Origin: a virus
Reading direction: 5' to 3' (one strand)
Length of the DNA: 40,837 bases
Virus record (IMG/VR): IMGVR_UViG_3300001202_000004
Span: 1 to 40,837 of that record
Shown here: positions 15,264 through 23,728 of the stretch, piece by piece
How positions within the stretch are numbered: the first letter of the stretch is position 1
Layout: every line of letters starts with the position of its first letter
Position numbers and translations under genes: made by a program
Notes under the pieces: generated by a model
What the model was told of the DNA's origin: nothing
Seen by the model: only the letters and a program-made list of their open reading frames with translations
The model's database searches: none

Positions 15264-16276
15264 TGGGTAAAATATTAAAGATAACAGATCTCGCTATAGA
15301 CGAGAAAGTCACTAAGCCGGGCCTCTACAGGATGCCGCTCCCTCTATATCATAGTGATTGCGCTTGGAAGGAGAGCGTCTCTTCCGGGGACGCTTTCAAA
15401 CTCGCGGAGAATGGCGAGGAATACTGGGAGGACAGTTATTACAATCCCAAAAACCAAGACGATAAGAGCCGCGTTAAGCTCCATAAGGACGCCTTCCGAT
15501 TTGGAACCGCCGCCCATACTAAAATCCTTGAGCCTCAAAAATGGATCGAAGATTATATTCCCCGGCCTTCTAAATGGAAGACGTGGAGGAGCGAGGACGC
15601 TAAACACTGGCGCTGGGTTCAAGAATATCAAAAAGGCTTAACCACTATCGCTATGAGCGACGTCGTCCATATCGACGCAATGGCGGAACGGATCCTTAAA
15701 CACTCTCTCGCTAGTACGCTGTTTGAAGTAGGCGAGCCGGAGATCTCTCTCTTTATGGAAACCGCGCTAGGCGTTGTTTTAAAGGCTCGTCCGGATATGC
15801 TTCCGATCTACGAGGATAAGAAAACGAATAAAGTCCGGATCGCGGATAACATATTTAGCGACTATAAGACCTGCTACGATAACTCGCCGGAGGCTTGCAC
15901 TAAAGCGATAGAGAATAACGGTTATGACGTGAAGCTTGCGAATTGTGCTTTTGTCGCCTGTCGCTTGTTTAACTGGAACTTTGGAGATCTAGACTTCGTC
16001 CTCGTCTTCCAGAAGACACTCCCTCCTTACGGAATAACAGTTATGGAGCTCGGTAACGATCACATGCACAAACTCGCGGCCTTGGCTCTACATGGCGCTA
16101 ACCAATTCGCAAAAGGACGCCAAGTAATGGGCGGCGAATGGGACGGCTACACGGACGAGATCGTTAAATATTATCCGCCCGGATATTCGAGGCGGACGAT
16201 AGAGAGGCTCGATAAGCGGATTAACTCCGGAGAGCTTCCTAACTTAGATGGTAAAATGAGGATCGTTACACCATGA
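15263..16276 (+). CDS. PD-(D/E)XK exonuclease, RecE/DUF3799-like
   Basis: FRFGTAAHTKILEPQKW, EISLF...LKARPDMLP, SDYKTC and NNGYDVKLANCAF match the G.a.H..iLEp / E / D / D-x-K / Y..Q motif series of exonuclease VIII-type nucleases. Confidence 0.7.
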   Translation: MGKILKITDLAIDEKVTKPGLYRMPLPLYHSDCAWKESVSSGDAFKLAENGEEYWEDSYYNPKNQDDKSRVKLHKDAFRFGTAAHTKILEPQKWIEDYIPRPSKWKTWRSEDAKHWRWVQEYQKGLTTIAMSDVVHIDAMAERILKHSLASTLFEVGEPEISLFMETALGVVLKARPDMLPIYEDKKTNKVRIADNIFSDYKTCYDNSPEACTKAIENNGYDVKLANCAFVACRLFNWNFGDLDFVLVFQKTLPPYGITVMELGNDHMHKLAALALHGANQFAKGRQVMGGEWDGYTDEIVKYYPPGYSRRTIERLDKRINSGELPNLDGKMRIVTP

Positions 16277-17685
16277 CAGAGAAAAACAACACGACAGTAG
16301 CAGTAAGGAAACCCGCGCAGACTATAGGAGCTGTCGAGGAGAGCGCGGATCTATGGGAAACCGCGCAGAGGCTATTCCAATCTAAAATAGCTCCTAAGTC
16401 TATCAAGAGCGCGAAGTCTCTTCTCTATGTCCTTATGATGGGGCAAGATATGGGCTGGACGGCGACCCAGTCCCTCTCGAATATCACGGTTATAAACGAT
16501 AAGCCCTCCGTCTACGCGGACGGATTAACGGCGATCCTACATAGAGCCGGGCATAAGCTCGAAGAGAAATTCGAAGGATCTGTCGAAGGCGGAGACTACA
16601 AAGTCACTTGCACCATAACGCGGAAAGATACTGGGAGCGTGATAACGAGAACCTTTTCTGTCGATATGGCGAAGAGAGCCGGGCTCTGGGAAACGGAGCC
16701 AATGGTTACGCGCCGCAAAAAAAGAGAGCACGGAGGAGGAACCTATGAAACGGCTAACGATAGCCCTTGGTATAAATACCCGGAGCGCATGATCTGGAGG
16801 AGAGCTATAAGCTGGGCAGTCCGGGACGCTTGCTCCGATGAAATGAACGGATTGCAAGTCGTCGAAGAAATGGAGGATCACGCTATGACGATCCGACTGG
16901 ATGCGCTAGACGCGGAAGCTCCTTCTCGACTAGAGCAAAAGCTCGCCAAGCATAACGCCCCTGAAACGCCCATAGAGAGCGACGAGGACGAAGTGAGCGA
17001 AGACATAGAAGACGCCGTTATCGTGGATAGCGCCAGCGGAGACGTAGAGGAGAGCGAGAAAAAGCTCGTTCTCTCCGGAAACCCTCTTAACTTCGACGAG
17101 GATCTCGCGGCCTTTATTGATTTCTATGGGACGACAGAGCCCGGACTAAAGCCGGAGGAGCCGGAGGTTATCTATTTCCGTAAGGTTACATATCGCGTCT
17201 ATCGAGACGTCATAATTAACCCGGATCCGGATCTCCCGGACGGGAAGCAGGAGAGGCCAGCTCTTAACGACGAAGGTGTCTTTTGCGTATTTACTGGAGA
17301 CGTGCTAAACAAGATCGCGCCTCTTGATAAAGAGAATTCTCCCGGAGACGTTGCTTCCCACAAGGCAGACGTCGAGGAGAAGAAGGCGGCGACAGAGGAC
17401 GATACCCCCTCCGTCGCCGCTACTAAGAAAAAAACAAAACCTAAAACCAAACGTAAAGCGAAAAAGAATGACACTCCGTTACTAACGCCAGACGCTAAGG
17501 ACTGGATAGAGTTTATAAACGAGGACGGCGTCCCAGCGGAGGATCTTCTGACACAATGGGAGAGGGAGAAAGTTACGGCATGGTATGAGAAGCTAACAGA
17601 GCCGCAACGCCGCCATTTAACTAAATTGTTTAACGAGAGGATCGAGGCGCTTCACAATCAGAGAAGAGCGGAGGAGAGCGGATAA
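16273..17685 (+). CDS. recT: RecT-like single-strand annealing protein with a long charged C-terminal extension
   Basis: Residues of about 30-200 (LMMGQDMGWTATQSLSNITVINDKPSVYADG...SPWYKYPERMIWRRAISWAVRD) follow the RecT-family pattern. It is coupled to the exonuclease gene. About 270 extra acidic and basic residues follow. Confidence 0.6.
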   Translation: MTEKNNTTVAVRKPAQTIGAVEESADLWETAQRLFQSKIAPKSIKSAKSLLYVLMMGQDMGWTATQSLSNITVINDKPSVYADGLTAILHRAGHKLEEKFEGSVEGGDYKVTCTITRKDTGSVITRTFSVDMAKRAGLWETEPMVTRRKKREHGGGTYETANDSPWYKYPERMIWRRAISWAVRDACSDEMNGLQVVEEMEDHAMTIRLDALDAEAPSRLEQKLAKHNAPETPIESDEDEVSEDIEDAVIVDSASGDVEESEKKLVLSGNPLNFDEDLAAFIDFYGTTEPGLKPEEPEVIYFRKVTYRVYRDVIINPDPDLPDGKQERPALNDEGVFCVFTGDVLNKIAPLDKENSPGDVASHKADVEEKKAATEDDTPSVAATKKKTKPKTKRKAKKNDTPLLTPDAKDWIEFINEDGVPAEDLLTQWEREKVTAWYEKLTEPQRRHLTKLFNERIEALHNQRRAEESG

Positions 17686-17775
17686 ATGGCTATACGTCCG
17701 GGGAATAATAAGGAGCGCTTCTGGTATATCGTCGGAGCCTTTCTCGTCGGGATAATCTTAATCATGGGAGTTTAA
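17686..17775 (+). CDS. 29-aa single-pass membrane peptide (below the track cutoff)
   Basis: The ATG directly follows the recT stop. The product is MAIRPGNNKERFWYIVGAFLVGIILIMGV. Confidence 0.4.
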   Translation: MAIRPGNNKERFWYIVGAFLVGIILIMGV

Positions 17776-17778
17776 GCT

Positions 17779-17982
17779 ATGTTAATAGCAATACAACATC
17801 CGGAGACTAAAGTCTTCGCGCAGTTTTCAGACGTAGGAAACGGCTTATATAGAAACTGGAATTTAACCGGGACAGGACATATTCCTACTCTATTCACTAA
17901 CGAGACAGACGCCCACGAAGCGAGGAGCGACGGAGGGCTCGAAGACAGCTACGATATAGTGCGTCTCCGTGTGGAGAGGTAA
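17779..17982 (+). CDS. Hypothetical protein
   Basis: 67-aa ORF tightly packed with its neighbours. Confidence 0.45.
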   Translation: MLIAIQHPETKVFAQFSDVGNGLYRNWNLTGTGHIPTLFTNETDAHEARSDGGLEDSYDIVRLRVER

Positions 17983-18213
17983 ATGGCGCAAACTATAACC
18001 AAATTTGTAGAGATCCCTTATATCGGCTCCCCTCGCTGGAAACATGGGATCCACCCTAAAGGGATCGAATTTCTGGAGCATTTTGGATCTGTAAATTTCT
18101 TTGGAATAATTGCGAGCTTTACCATTAACGACGGAGCCTACACGGACGCGAGATCCTGTCTTAAAATGCTAGAGGCCGCTCTTAACTATCGGGAGATCTG
18201 GGAGCGTGGATAA
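17983..18213 (+). CDS. Hypothetical protein
   Basis: 76-aa ORF that starts immediately after the previous stop. Confidence 0.45.
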   Translation: MAQTITKFVEIPYIGSPRWKHGIHPKGIEFLEHFGSVNFFGIIASFTINDGAYTDARSCLKMLEAALNYREIWERG

Positions 18214-18826
18214 GGATTTAGTTAATTATTTAAACAAGGCAGGATCTTTCCATTTAGATCCGGATCTCCCTTTATCGCGGGAGGATATAGAACACCTTAA
18301 GCCCGGCACGATTGCCCGGCTCCGTCGTAATGGACGCGCTCATATGGGAAGAGCCCGGAAGATTAACGTCGCACTAAAGGCAATTAACGACAATATCAGC
18401 GACCCAAAGTTTAAGCGGGCTCTTATCGAGATCGAGGACTTCGATCCTATCGAGGTTTACGAGGAGCATAACTGGACTTGTCCACATTGCTTCCGACGTG
18501 TGGACGTTACCAAAGGAGGGAGAGATCCGGATAGTTGCGTCCTAGGCCATATGATTAATTTCGCTCATAGCGGAGGCCATACCCGGAGAAACTGCGGGCC
18601 TTGGCATTATTCATGCAACGCCGCCGTAGCCTCTGTTATAGAGACGCCCAGAGAAGCGAAGATCCGCCGCCATAGGAGAGCCGCTGGGGAGCTCGACGGA
18701 GAAGCGGACTATAAGCCTAGAAAAAAACTGAAGATACAAGGGCGCTCATTTGGCGCTAGTAACGGCGGATCTCGCTGGCCTAAGCGTAAGCTCCCGTCGC
18801 GAGGATTTCAGAAGAGGAAAAAATAA
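18206..18826 (+). CDS. HNH endonuclease
   Basis: WTCPHCFRRVD...CVLGHMINFAHSGGHTRRNCGPWHYSCN shows the CxxC...H...N...H..CN arrangement. The C-terminal tail is basic. Confidence 0.65.
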   Translation: MDKDLVNYLNKAGSFHLDPDLPLSREDIEHLKPGTIARLRRNGRAHMGRARKINVALKAINDNISDPKFKRALIEIEDFDPIEVYEEHNWTCPHCFRRVDVTKGGRDPDSCVLGHMINFAHSGGHTRRNCGPWHYSCNAAVASVIETPREAKIRRHRRAAGELDGEADYKPRKKLKIQGRSFGASNGGSRWPKRKLPSRGFQKRKK

Positions 18827-18987
18827 TGGATATAGATAAATTTAGGAAGGCTCTGGAGATCGAGCGGAGCGTAGCAGAAAAGAAGAGCCGGGATCCTAAA
18901 AGTCCGGGAGACGAGGTTATAGCCTTCGCGGCGGCGGCGTGGACGCTGGGCGCGATCATACGAGCCCTAGGCGAGACAGAGACTTAG
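18826..18987 (+). CDS. 53-aa hypothetical protein (below the track cutoff)
   Basis: TAATG overlap with the HNH stop. The product MDIDKFRKALEIERSVAEKKSRDPKSPGDEVIAFAAAAWTLGAIIRALGETET fills the gap exactly. Confidence 0.4.
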   Translation: MDIDKFRKALEIERSVAEKKSRDPKSPGDEVIAFAAAAWTLGAIIRALGETET

Positions 18988-18991
18988 AATA

Positions 18992-19324
18992 ATGGCGGAT
19001 CGTACCAAACCCTCCGAATATAAAGCGGCTCTCTCTGGAGCGGAGATAACGAAAGTCCGTCTAGGCGTTAACGATAGCATATACGGGCCGGGATATCTGG
19101 AAGTTACTAAGACAGTCTTTAAAGCTGGGGGATCCTTTATTTATCCAGCCTTCTACGCGGACAATGCTAACACCTATCGAGACGATAAGACTGGCGAGCG
19201 GAAGAAGTTTAGCGAGGGCGTCACGGCTCCCAAGGGAGGCTTTAAGGACGGATCCCACGCTATCCGGGAGATAAGGCAGAAGCTCGATCTCAAATTTAAA
19301 CAGAGCAAATTTAACAAGATCTAA
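18992..19324 (+). CDS. Hypothetical protein upstream of the Top6A-like gene
   Basis: 110-aa ORF. No motif recognised. Confidence 0.5.
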   Translation: MADRTKPSEYKAALSGAEITKVRLGVNDSIYGPGYLEVTKTVFKAGGSFIYPAFYADNANTYRDDKTGERKKFSEGVTAPKGGFKDGSHAIREIRQKLDLKFKQSKFNKI

Positions 19325-19334
19325 GGAGAAAACA

Positions 19335-20264
19335 ATGAAAGAGCAATTCGATAACTGGACACCTAATCCAGAAAATCGATCTATTATAGACGCCGCTAAC
19401 AATGCGCTAGACGAGCTTCGCGGCTTCGAACCTACACTTAGATCTGTTTATTATAATCTCGTTACCTATAAAATTATCGAGAATAAACAGACTGAATATA
19501 AAAGGCTGGGAGATATCTTAACTAAAGCTCGTAACGCCGGGCTCGTCGACTGGCGAGCCTTCGAGGATAAAGGCCGCGTCCTCGACAGGCCTTACTTTCA
19601 AGAGGAACCCTCTGTCGTATTGAGCGACATTCACACCCTTATTAACTTCGATATGTGGGCGAGACAGGACGTTTATGTCGAGGTATGGGTTGAAAAACAA
19701 GCGCAAGAGGGCGTTGTCCGGCGAGCGTGTGACGAGTTTCGCGTCCCTTGGCTATCATGTAAAGGATATCTCTCCGCGACAGCGGCCTACAATGCTGGGA
19801 AACGATTTAGACGAGCGGCCAATTATGATAATAAACGCCCTGTCCTTATACACCTAGGAGATCATGATCCTAGCGGTATAGATATGACGCGAGATAATGG
19901 AGCCCGGATAGAGAAATACGGAGAGCTCTACGATATAGAGGTTAACAGGATTGCTCTTAATATGGATCAAGTCGAGAAGCATAATCTCCCGCCGGATCCC
20001 GCAAAACTTTCCGACAGTAGAGCGAAGGAATATATAGCAGATCACGGAGAGCGGAGCTGGGAACTAGACGCGCTTAAACCCCAGACCCTACTCCCTATAA
20101 TTAAAAACGCTATTAAAGGATATATAGATCCGGAGATCTGGGAACAAACAAAACAGGAAGAGCGGGAGATCCGTAACGCTCTCCGCTGGATAGGCGAAAA
20201 CCCGGACGAAGCTATCGAGCTAGTCGAGCGAGAGATCGCTCCAGAATATGACGACGAGGAGTAG
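19335..20264 (+). CDS. Stand-alone Spo11/topoisomerase VI subunit A-like protein (5Y-CAP winged helix plus Toprim)
   Basis: LRSVYYNLV (R36, Y39/Y40), VWVEKQ (E120) and LGDHDPSG (D176/D178) occur in the canonical order and spacing. CKGYLSATAAYNAGKRF and NRIALNMDQVEKHNL also parallel Top6A segments. Confidence 0.65.
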   Translation: MKEQFDNWTPNPENRSIIDAANNALDELRGFEPTLRSVYYNLVTYKIIENKQTEYKRLGDILTKARNAGLVDWRAFEDKGRVLDRPYFQEEPSVVLSDIHTLINFDMWARQDVYVEVWVEKQAQEGVVRRACDEFRVPWLSCKGYLSATAAYNAGKRFRRAANYDNKRPVLIHLGDHDPSGIDMTRDNGARIEKYGELYDIEVNRIALNMDQVEKHNLPPDPAKLSDSRAKEYIADHGERSWELDALKPQTLLPIIKNAIKGYIDPEIWEQTKQEEREIRNALRWIGENPDEAIELVEREIAPEYDDEE

Positions 20265-20270
20265 TAAGCC

Positions 20271-20765
20271 ATGCGTAACAGTCATTTAAAAACCGAATTA
20301 AAACACGCGAGGGAGAAGGCGTTACACGAAGGCCTCCGTCCATTTATATCCTTCTTCACGCTCTGTCAGATTATGGAAAGAGACACGTATCTTCTTAACT
20401 TAATAAAGAGAGCCGGGATCGCACTAAAGGACGAGAGGCGTAGGAGACGAGAGGCGGAGGAGATTATCTTAGATCTACAAAATCAGCTCCGCAAATACGA
20501 GGAGAATACAGGCGAGGCCGCATTTTACTCCGTATCTATAGGTTATCGAATAAGCGCGGTGGAAGATGAGGCTCTCCAGAGGGATCTCGCCGAAATGCTT
20601 AACAAAGATAACCAAAAAATGAGGAAGGCCGGGAATAGATTAGCAATCGCCGCGACGCGCGTTATCGACACTTACGACGGGATCCATAGGCTCTCTCTAG
20701 AATTAAGAGAATGGTTTACCGTCATAGCGGAGGAAGGGAATAGGGATCGTTTTAAGCCATTATGA
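20271..20765 (+). CDS. Ead/Ea22-like protein
   Basis: The C-terminal AGNRLAIAATRVIDTYDGIHRLSLELREWFTVIAEEG resembles the conserved Ead/Ea22 C-terminal block, preceded by a coiled coil. Confidence 0.4.
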   Translation: MRNSHLKTELKHAREKALHEGLRPFISFFTLCQIMERDTYLLNLIKRAGIALKDERRRRREAEEIILDLQNQLRKYEENTGEAAFYSVSIGYRISAVEDEALQRDLAEMLNKDNQKMRKAGNRLAIAATRVIDTYDGIHRLSLELREWFTVIAEEGNRDRFKPL

Positions 20766-20980
20766 GAGACGCTTATTATATCCCTGTAGGATCTCTCCTA
20801 CGGCGCTGTACTGTACTAACTAAACGGAGGCGGAGGATAGACGGCGTCTTAAATTGGAAGATCCGTCCTTCCGGATGGACTAAAGGCTTCGTCTATATTC
20901 CGGAGGATCGCGTGTTTAGCCCGGACGAAGTAGAAGGCTTAGGAGGACGTGACGTTAAGCGGCCAAAACTTAAGAGCTAA
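20762..20980 (+). CDS. Hypothetical basic protein
   Basis: 72-aa ORF with a 4-nt overlap on the upstream gene. It is the last gene of the rightward block. Confidence 0.4.
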   Translation: MRDAYYIPVGSLLRRCTVLTKRRRRIDGVLNWKIRPSGWTKGFVYIPEDRVFSPDEVEGLGGRDVKRPKLKS

Positions 20981-20981
20981 A

Positions 20982-20999
20982 ATGTTTCACGTGAAACAT
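20982..20999. promoter_or_regulatory. Perfect 18-bp palindrome ATGTTTCACGTGAAACAT at the convergent junction
   Basis: It starts 1 nt after the stop at 20980. The half-site AATGTTTC recurs at 21132-21139, just beyond the o-spanin stop. Confidence 0.5.
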
Positions 21000-21147
21000 A
21001 CGAGGATCTCCACTTCTGCGACGATCCTTTTAGGCTGTTTTATATAAACTGGATTATTCCTACGAACTCCGTTCCTCTTATTATAAAGCTCCACGTCCTC
21101 GAAGGTATGAGAGACGCGGAAGACGAGATACAATGTTTCGTAGGATC

Positions 21148-21579
21148 CTAATCAAAAGGATTAATAGTTAAGGAGGGATCTCCCTCCTTTATCGCCTTAT
21201 CGAAGGCGTCCCGGATTTCCTCGACAGATCCGTCCCAGTCCTCCCGGTTATCTATATTCGTCTTCTCGTTACCCTTAACCGTATCGGAGAGCGTGTCGAA
21301 GTCGTTTTTAAGGATAGGCCAATGGGCTCCGTAAGCGGCGTCTTGCTCCACTACGTCGCGAATAGTGTTAAATGTCCCGGAGGAAGTGTCGTTAGGGCTG
21401 GACGTAGCCAATAGCGCCGGAGGTACTACCTGACAAACCGGAGGAGCTGGGAGCTTGTCCAGCAAGCGACGGGCTTCCGAAAATCGCCTTATATCTACTA
21501 CGGGCGTCGTCGCGCATCCTGTCACTAAGAAAAGCGGGGTCATTAATACAAGTGTTAGGAATAGTCTCTGCATCGTCAA
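21148..21579 (-). CDS. Outer-membrane spanin (o-spanin) lipoprotein
   Basis: The signal peptide has the lipobox LFLVTG-C. There is a Pro-rich segment LPAPPVCQVVPP. It begins inside the i-spanin gene in another frame, with a 188-nt overlap. Confidence 0.7.
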   Translation of the reverse strand: MTMQRLFLTLVLMTPLFLVTGCATTPVVDIRRFSEARRLLDKLPAPPVCQVVPPALLATSSPNDTSSGTFNTIRDVVEQDAAYGAHWPILKNDFDTLSDTVKGNEKTNIDNREDWDGSVEEIRDAFDKAIKEGDPSLTINPFD

Positions 21580-21925
21580 AACCTTTTTTATAGCCTTCGC
21601 TCTTTCCTTCGAGCTTGCCCTGAATATATGCCGCCTCCCGGACGGCTTCTATATTAGCCGCGCTCTGTCCAGATACGCGGATCTCTATCTTCTCTTTAAC
21701 CGCTGTCGCGATATCGTCAATCTTCCCGGAGATAATATTGGATTTCTCGTCGAGCTTTATTCCGGCTCGCTTCTCCTCCTCGATACGCTCGTTATATCCA
21801 ATCTCCTGTTGATAACCGTCGTACATGGCCTTAGCTAACAGGACAGTCCCTACGGACAAGACTGATAAGATAGCGTAAATAATTATTTTTTCGCCTGTTA
21901 CCATTTTACGCAAAGCCTCCCGCAT
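21392..21925 (-). CDS. Inner-membrane spanin (i-spanin)
   Basis: An N-terminal TM helix IIIYAILSVLSVGTVLLA is followed by charged helical regions. It lies directly downstream of the endolysin. Confidence 0.65.
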   Translation of the reverse strand: MREALRKMVTGEKIIIYAILSVLSVGTVLLAKAMYDGYQQEIGYNERIEEEKRAGIKLDEKSNIISGKIDDIATAVKEKIEIRVSGQSAANIEAVREAAYIQGKLEGKSEGYKKGFDDAETIPNTCINDPAFLSDRMRDDARSRYKAIFGSPSLAGQAPSSSGLSGSTSGAIGYVQP

Positions 21926-22676
21926 CCTCTAGCCGCTCTATGAGTTTCGATATTTTCATATATTTAAAAGTGCTCTTTAATACAAGTCCGTTTGGATCTG
22001 CGAGGCCTACGGGGATCGTCTTAGCGGAGTAAACTCCATACTTAGCGAGAGCGACCTCCTTATCTCTCCGGCTCCAGAGGACGCGGTTAGCTCTCCAGAT
22101 ATCAATAGCGCCAGCAATGTCCCCGGATCGAGCGAGCTTCCGCGTCATTGGCTTGTTGATATCTCCAGCATTGTAAGCAAGGGAGACGAGAGCGTCGAAT
22201 TCGTGGGGTTTAAGCTTCGCGGCCTTGGCGGCTCCGCCCATAAGGTTATAGACTATTCGCTCGTATTTAGGGAGGATCTTCTGAAATAGATCTATAGATC
22301 TCTCTAGAGTGATCCGGCCTTTAAATGTGTTAGGATTTATGTCCGCTCCAGCGGCGGCGGTTACACCGGGGCCGATTGTCCAGATCCCTTCCGTGTCGAG
22401 ATATCTATTAAGGATAACGGCCTCTTTAGCGATTATCTCACAACACCCCCGGAGGGAGGTTCTAGGCTTACTCTTGTTCATAACGGGGATATCTTTCCGG
22501 ACAGGCGTTATAATTCGTTGCTGTCTCTGATTTGCGCCGCCCAGATCACGCGGGGGAAGTTTTTGTTCCGGATATGCCTTAACAGGCTCTCGCGGCTCCT
22601 GAGCGATTACAGGAGAGGGGTTATCGAGCTCCCGCCCTAACAGGCTTCGAAGTAGGAGCTCGATAAACTTTATCAC
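21906..22676 (-). CDS. Endolysin, GH24 (T4-type) lysozyme with an N-terminal extension
   Basis: IAKEAVILNRYLDTEGIWTIGPGVT carries the E...D...T catalytic triad context. HEFDALVSLAYNAG is also present. Confidence 0.85.
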   Translation of the reverse strand: MIKFIELLLRSLLGRELDNPSPVIAQEPREPVKAYPEQKLPPRDLGGANQRQQRIITPVRKDIPVMNKSKPRTSLRGCCEIIAKEAVILNRYLDTEGIWTIGPGVTAAAGADINPNTFKGRITLERSIDLFQKILPKYERIVYNLMGGAAKAAKLKPHEFDALVSLAYNAGDINKPMTRKLARSGDIAGAIDIWRANRVLWSRRDKEVALAKYGVYSAKTIPVGLADPNGLVLKSTFKYMKISKLIERLEDAGGFA

Positions 22677-22972
22677 TTAAAGAGGTTCTCTCTTACCATA
22701 ATAACGACAGTGTGAGGATCTGTGTCGTAATCTATCCCGCACTCTGACGTAGCAGGATCCCCGTCGTAAGCGACGTTAAGACCGTCCTCCTCTAAAGCCA
22801 TAGTCCCCAGATAAGCGTCGCGCGGATTACAGTTAGGATTATAACGAAGGATCCCGTCCTTAAGCGTTATGTCCGTAGGCGTTGCGAAGTTTCTGTCGAC
22901 GGATAATCCTGCTATTATTTTCTTCCGATCTTTTTCAGTAATCATAAAAGTCTCTCCTAAAGATTGCGCCAA
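22673..22972 (-). CDS. Hypothetical protein
   Basis: 99-aa ORF coupled to the endolysin gene. Confidence 0.5.
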   Translation of the reverse strand: MAQSLGETFMITEKDRKKIIAGLSVDRNFATPTDITLKDGILRYNPNCNPRDAYLGTMALEEDGLNVAYDGDPATSECGIDYDTDPHTVVIMVRENLFK

Positions 22973-23011
22973 TATTGGCGAGGAGAGTGTTAACCATGAA
23001 ACGGCATAACG

Positions 23012-23284
23012 TCAAACGCGGTTATATTTAACCTTAATAAGAATGATGATCGCGACGAGTAGCATATTAACGCATGACTTCCAAACAACACCGCCCAGAG
23101 CGGAGACGGGAACTATAATAAATATCGTATTAATCAACACGGCGAGGCCTAAGACAGCAAGAGCGAGCCGGAAGATCCAGAAGGCGAAGCGCTCCCAGCC
23201 GTCTCCACAAAGCCCCGCTTGATGAATAATTGACAGCGCTAATATAAATAATATTACGCTCGCGATTTGATCCGCTATTATCAT
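23012..23284 (-). CDS. Membrane protein with 3 predicted TM helices; holin/antiholin candidate
   Basis: 90 aa, almost entirely hydrophobic segments. Confidence 0.5.
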   Translation of the reverse strand: MIIADQIASVILFILALSIIHQAGLCGDGWERFAFWIFRLALAVLGLAVLINTIFIIVPVSALGGVVWKSCVNMLLVAIIILIKVKYNRV

Positions 23285-23289
23285 AGGAC

Positions 23290-23637
23290 TTACTCCGACG
23301 GTTTAAGACGTGCTCCTTTGTCTTCCCCTAGGATTTTAGATTGTGCTTTAGTTATAGCCGCCTCTCCCGCTGTACCGCAAATAAAGCCGGAGGCTAAATA
23401 AGCATAGGCTGGGATCGTTACAAATTGCTCTACGAGAGATCCTAAAAGACCTCCTAGGAAGACGGCGGCGAAAATTCCGGCGGAGGCTTGGATCGCTCTA
23501 AGCTTCCAGTTTTTCTCCGGGGCGATAAGTCCCTTAACGACGGCTCCACAAAATCCGGCTATTCCTAAGACTTGGATATTCATTCCTATCTCTTTCCAGA
23601 TTGCTAGAAGTCCGGTTACGTTTTGCTCGTCGCTCAT
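23290..23637 (-). CDS. Membrane protein with about 3 TM helices; holin candidate
   Basis: 115 aa with hydrophobic helices and a charged C-terminus (EDKGARLKPSE). Confidence 0.55.
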   Translation of the reverse strand: MSDEQNVTGLLAIWKEIGMNIQVLGIAGFCGAVVKGLIAPEKNWKLRAIQASAGIFAAVFLGGLLGSLVEQFVTIPAYAYLASGFICGTAGEAAITKAQSKILGEDKGARLKPSE

Positions 23638-23653
23638 AATAATATCAACCTAT

Positions 23654-23688
23654 AAAAAAAAGGAGCCGGATAAAATCTACAGGCTCCT
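23654..23688 (-). terminator. Intrinsic terminator inside the late block
   Basis: The minus strand reads AGGAGCC, a 14-nt loop, then GGCTCCT followed by T7-8. Confidence 0.55.
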
Positions 23689-23728
23689 CTTAATCTGATT
23701 TACTTAAAATAGTAAAGATGATTTATAA

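Noticed and set aside
19415-19435. tRNA-like T-arm sequence (ggcttcgaacc)
   Set aside because: It lies inside the Top6A-like coding sequence. No acceptor, D or anticodon stems can be drawn around it. I found no tRNA anywhere in the window.
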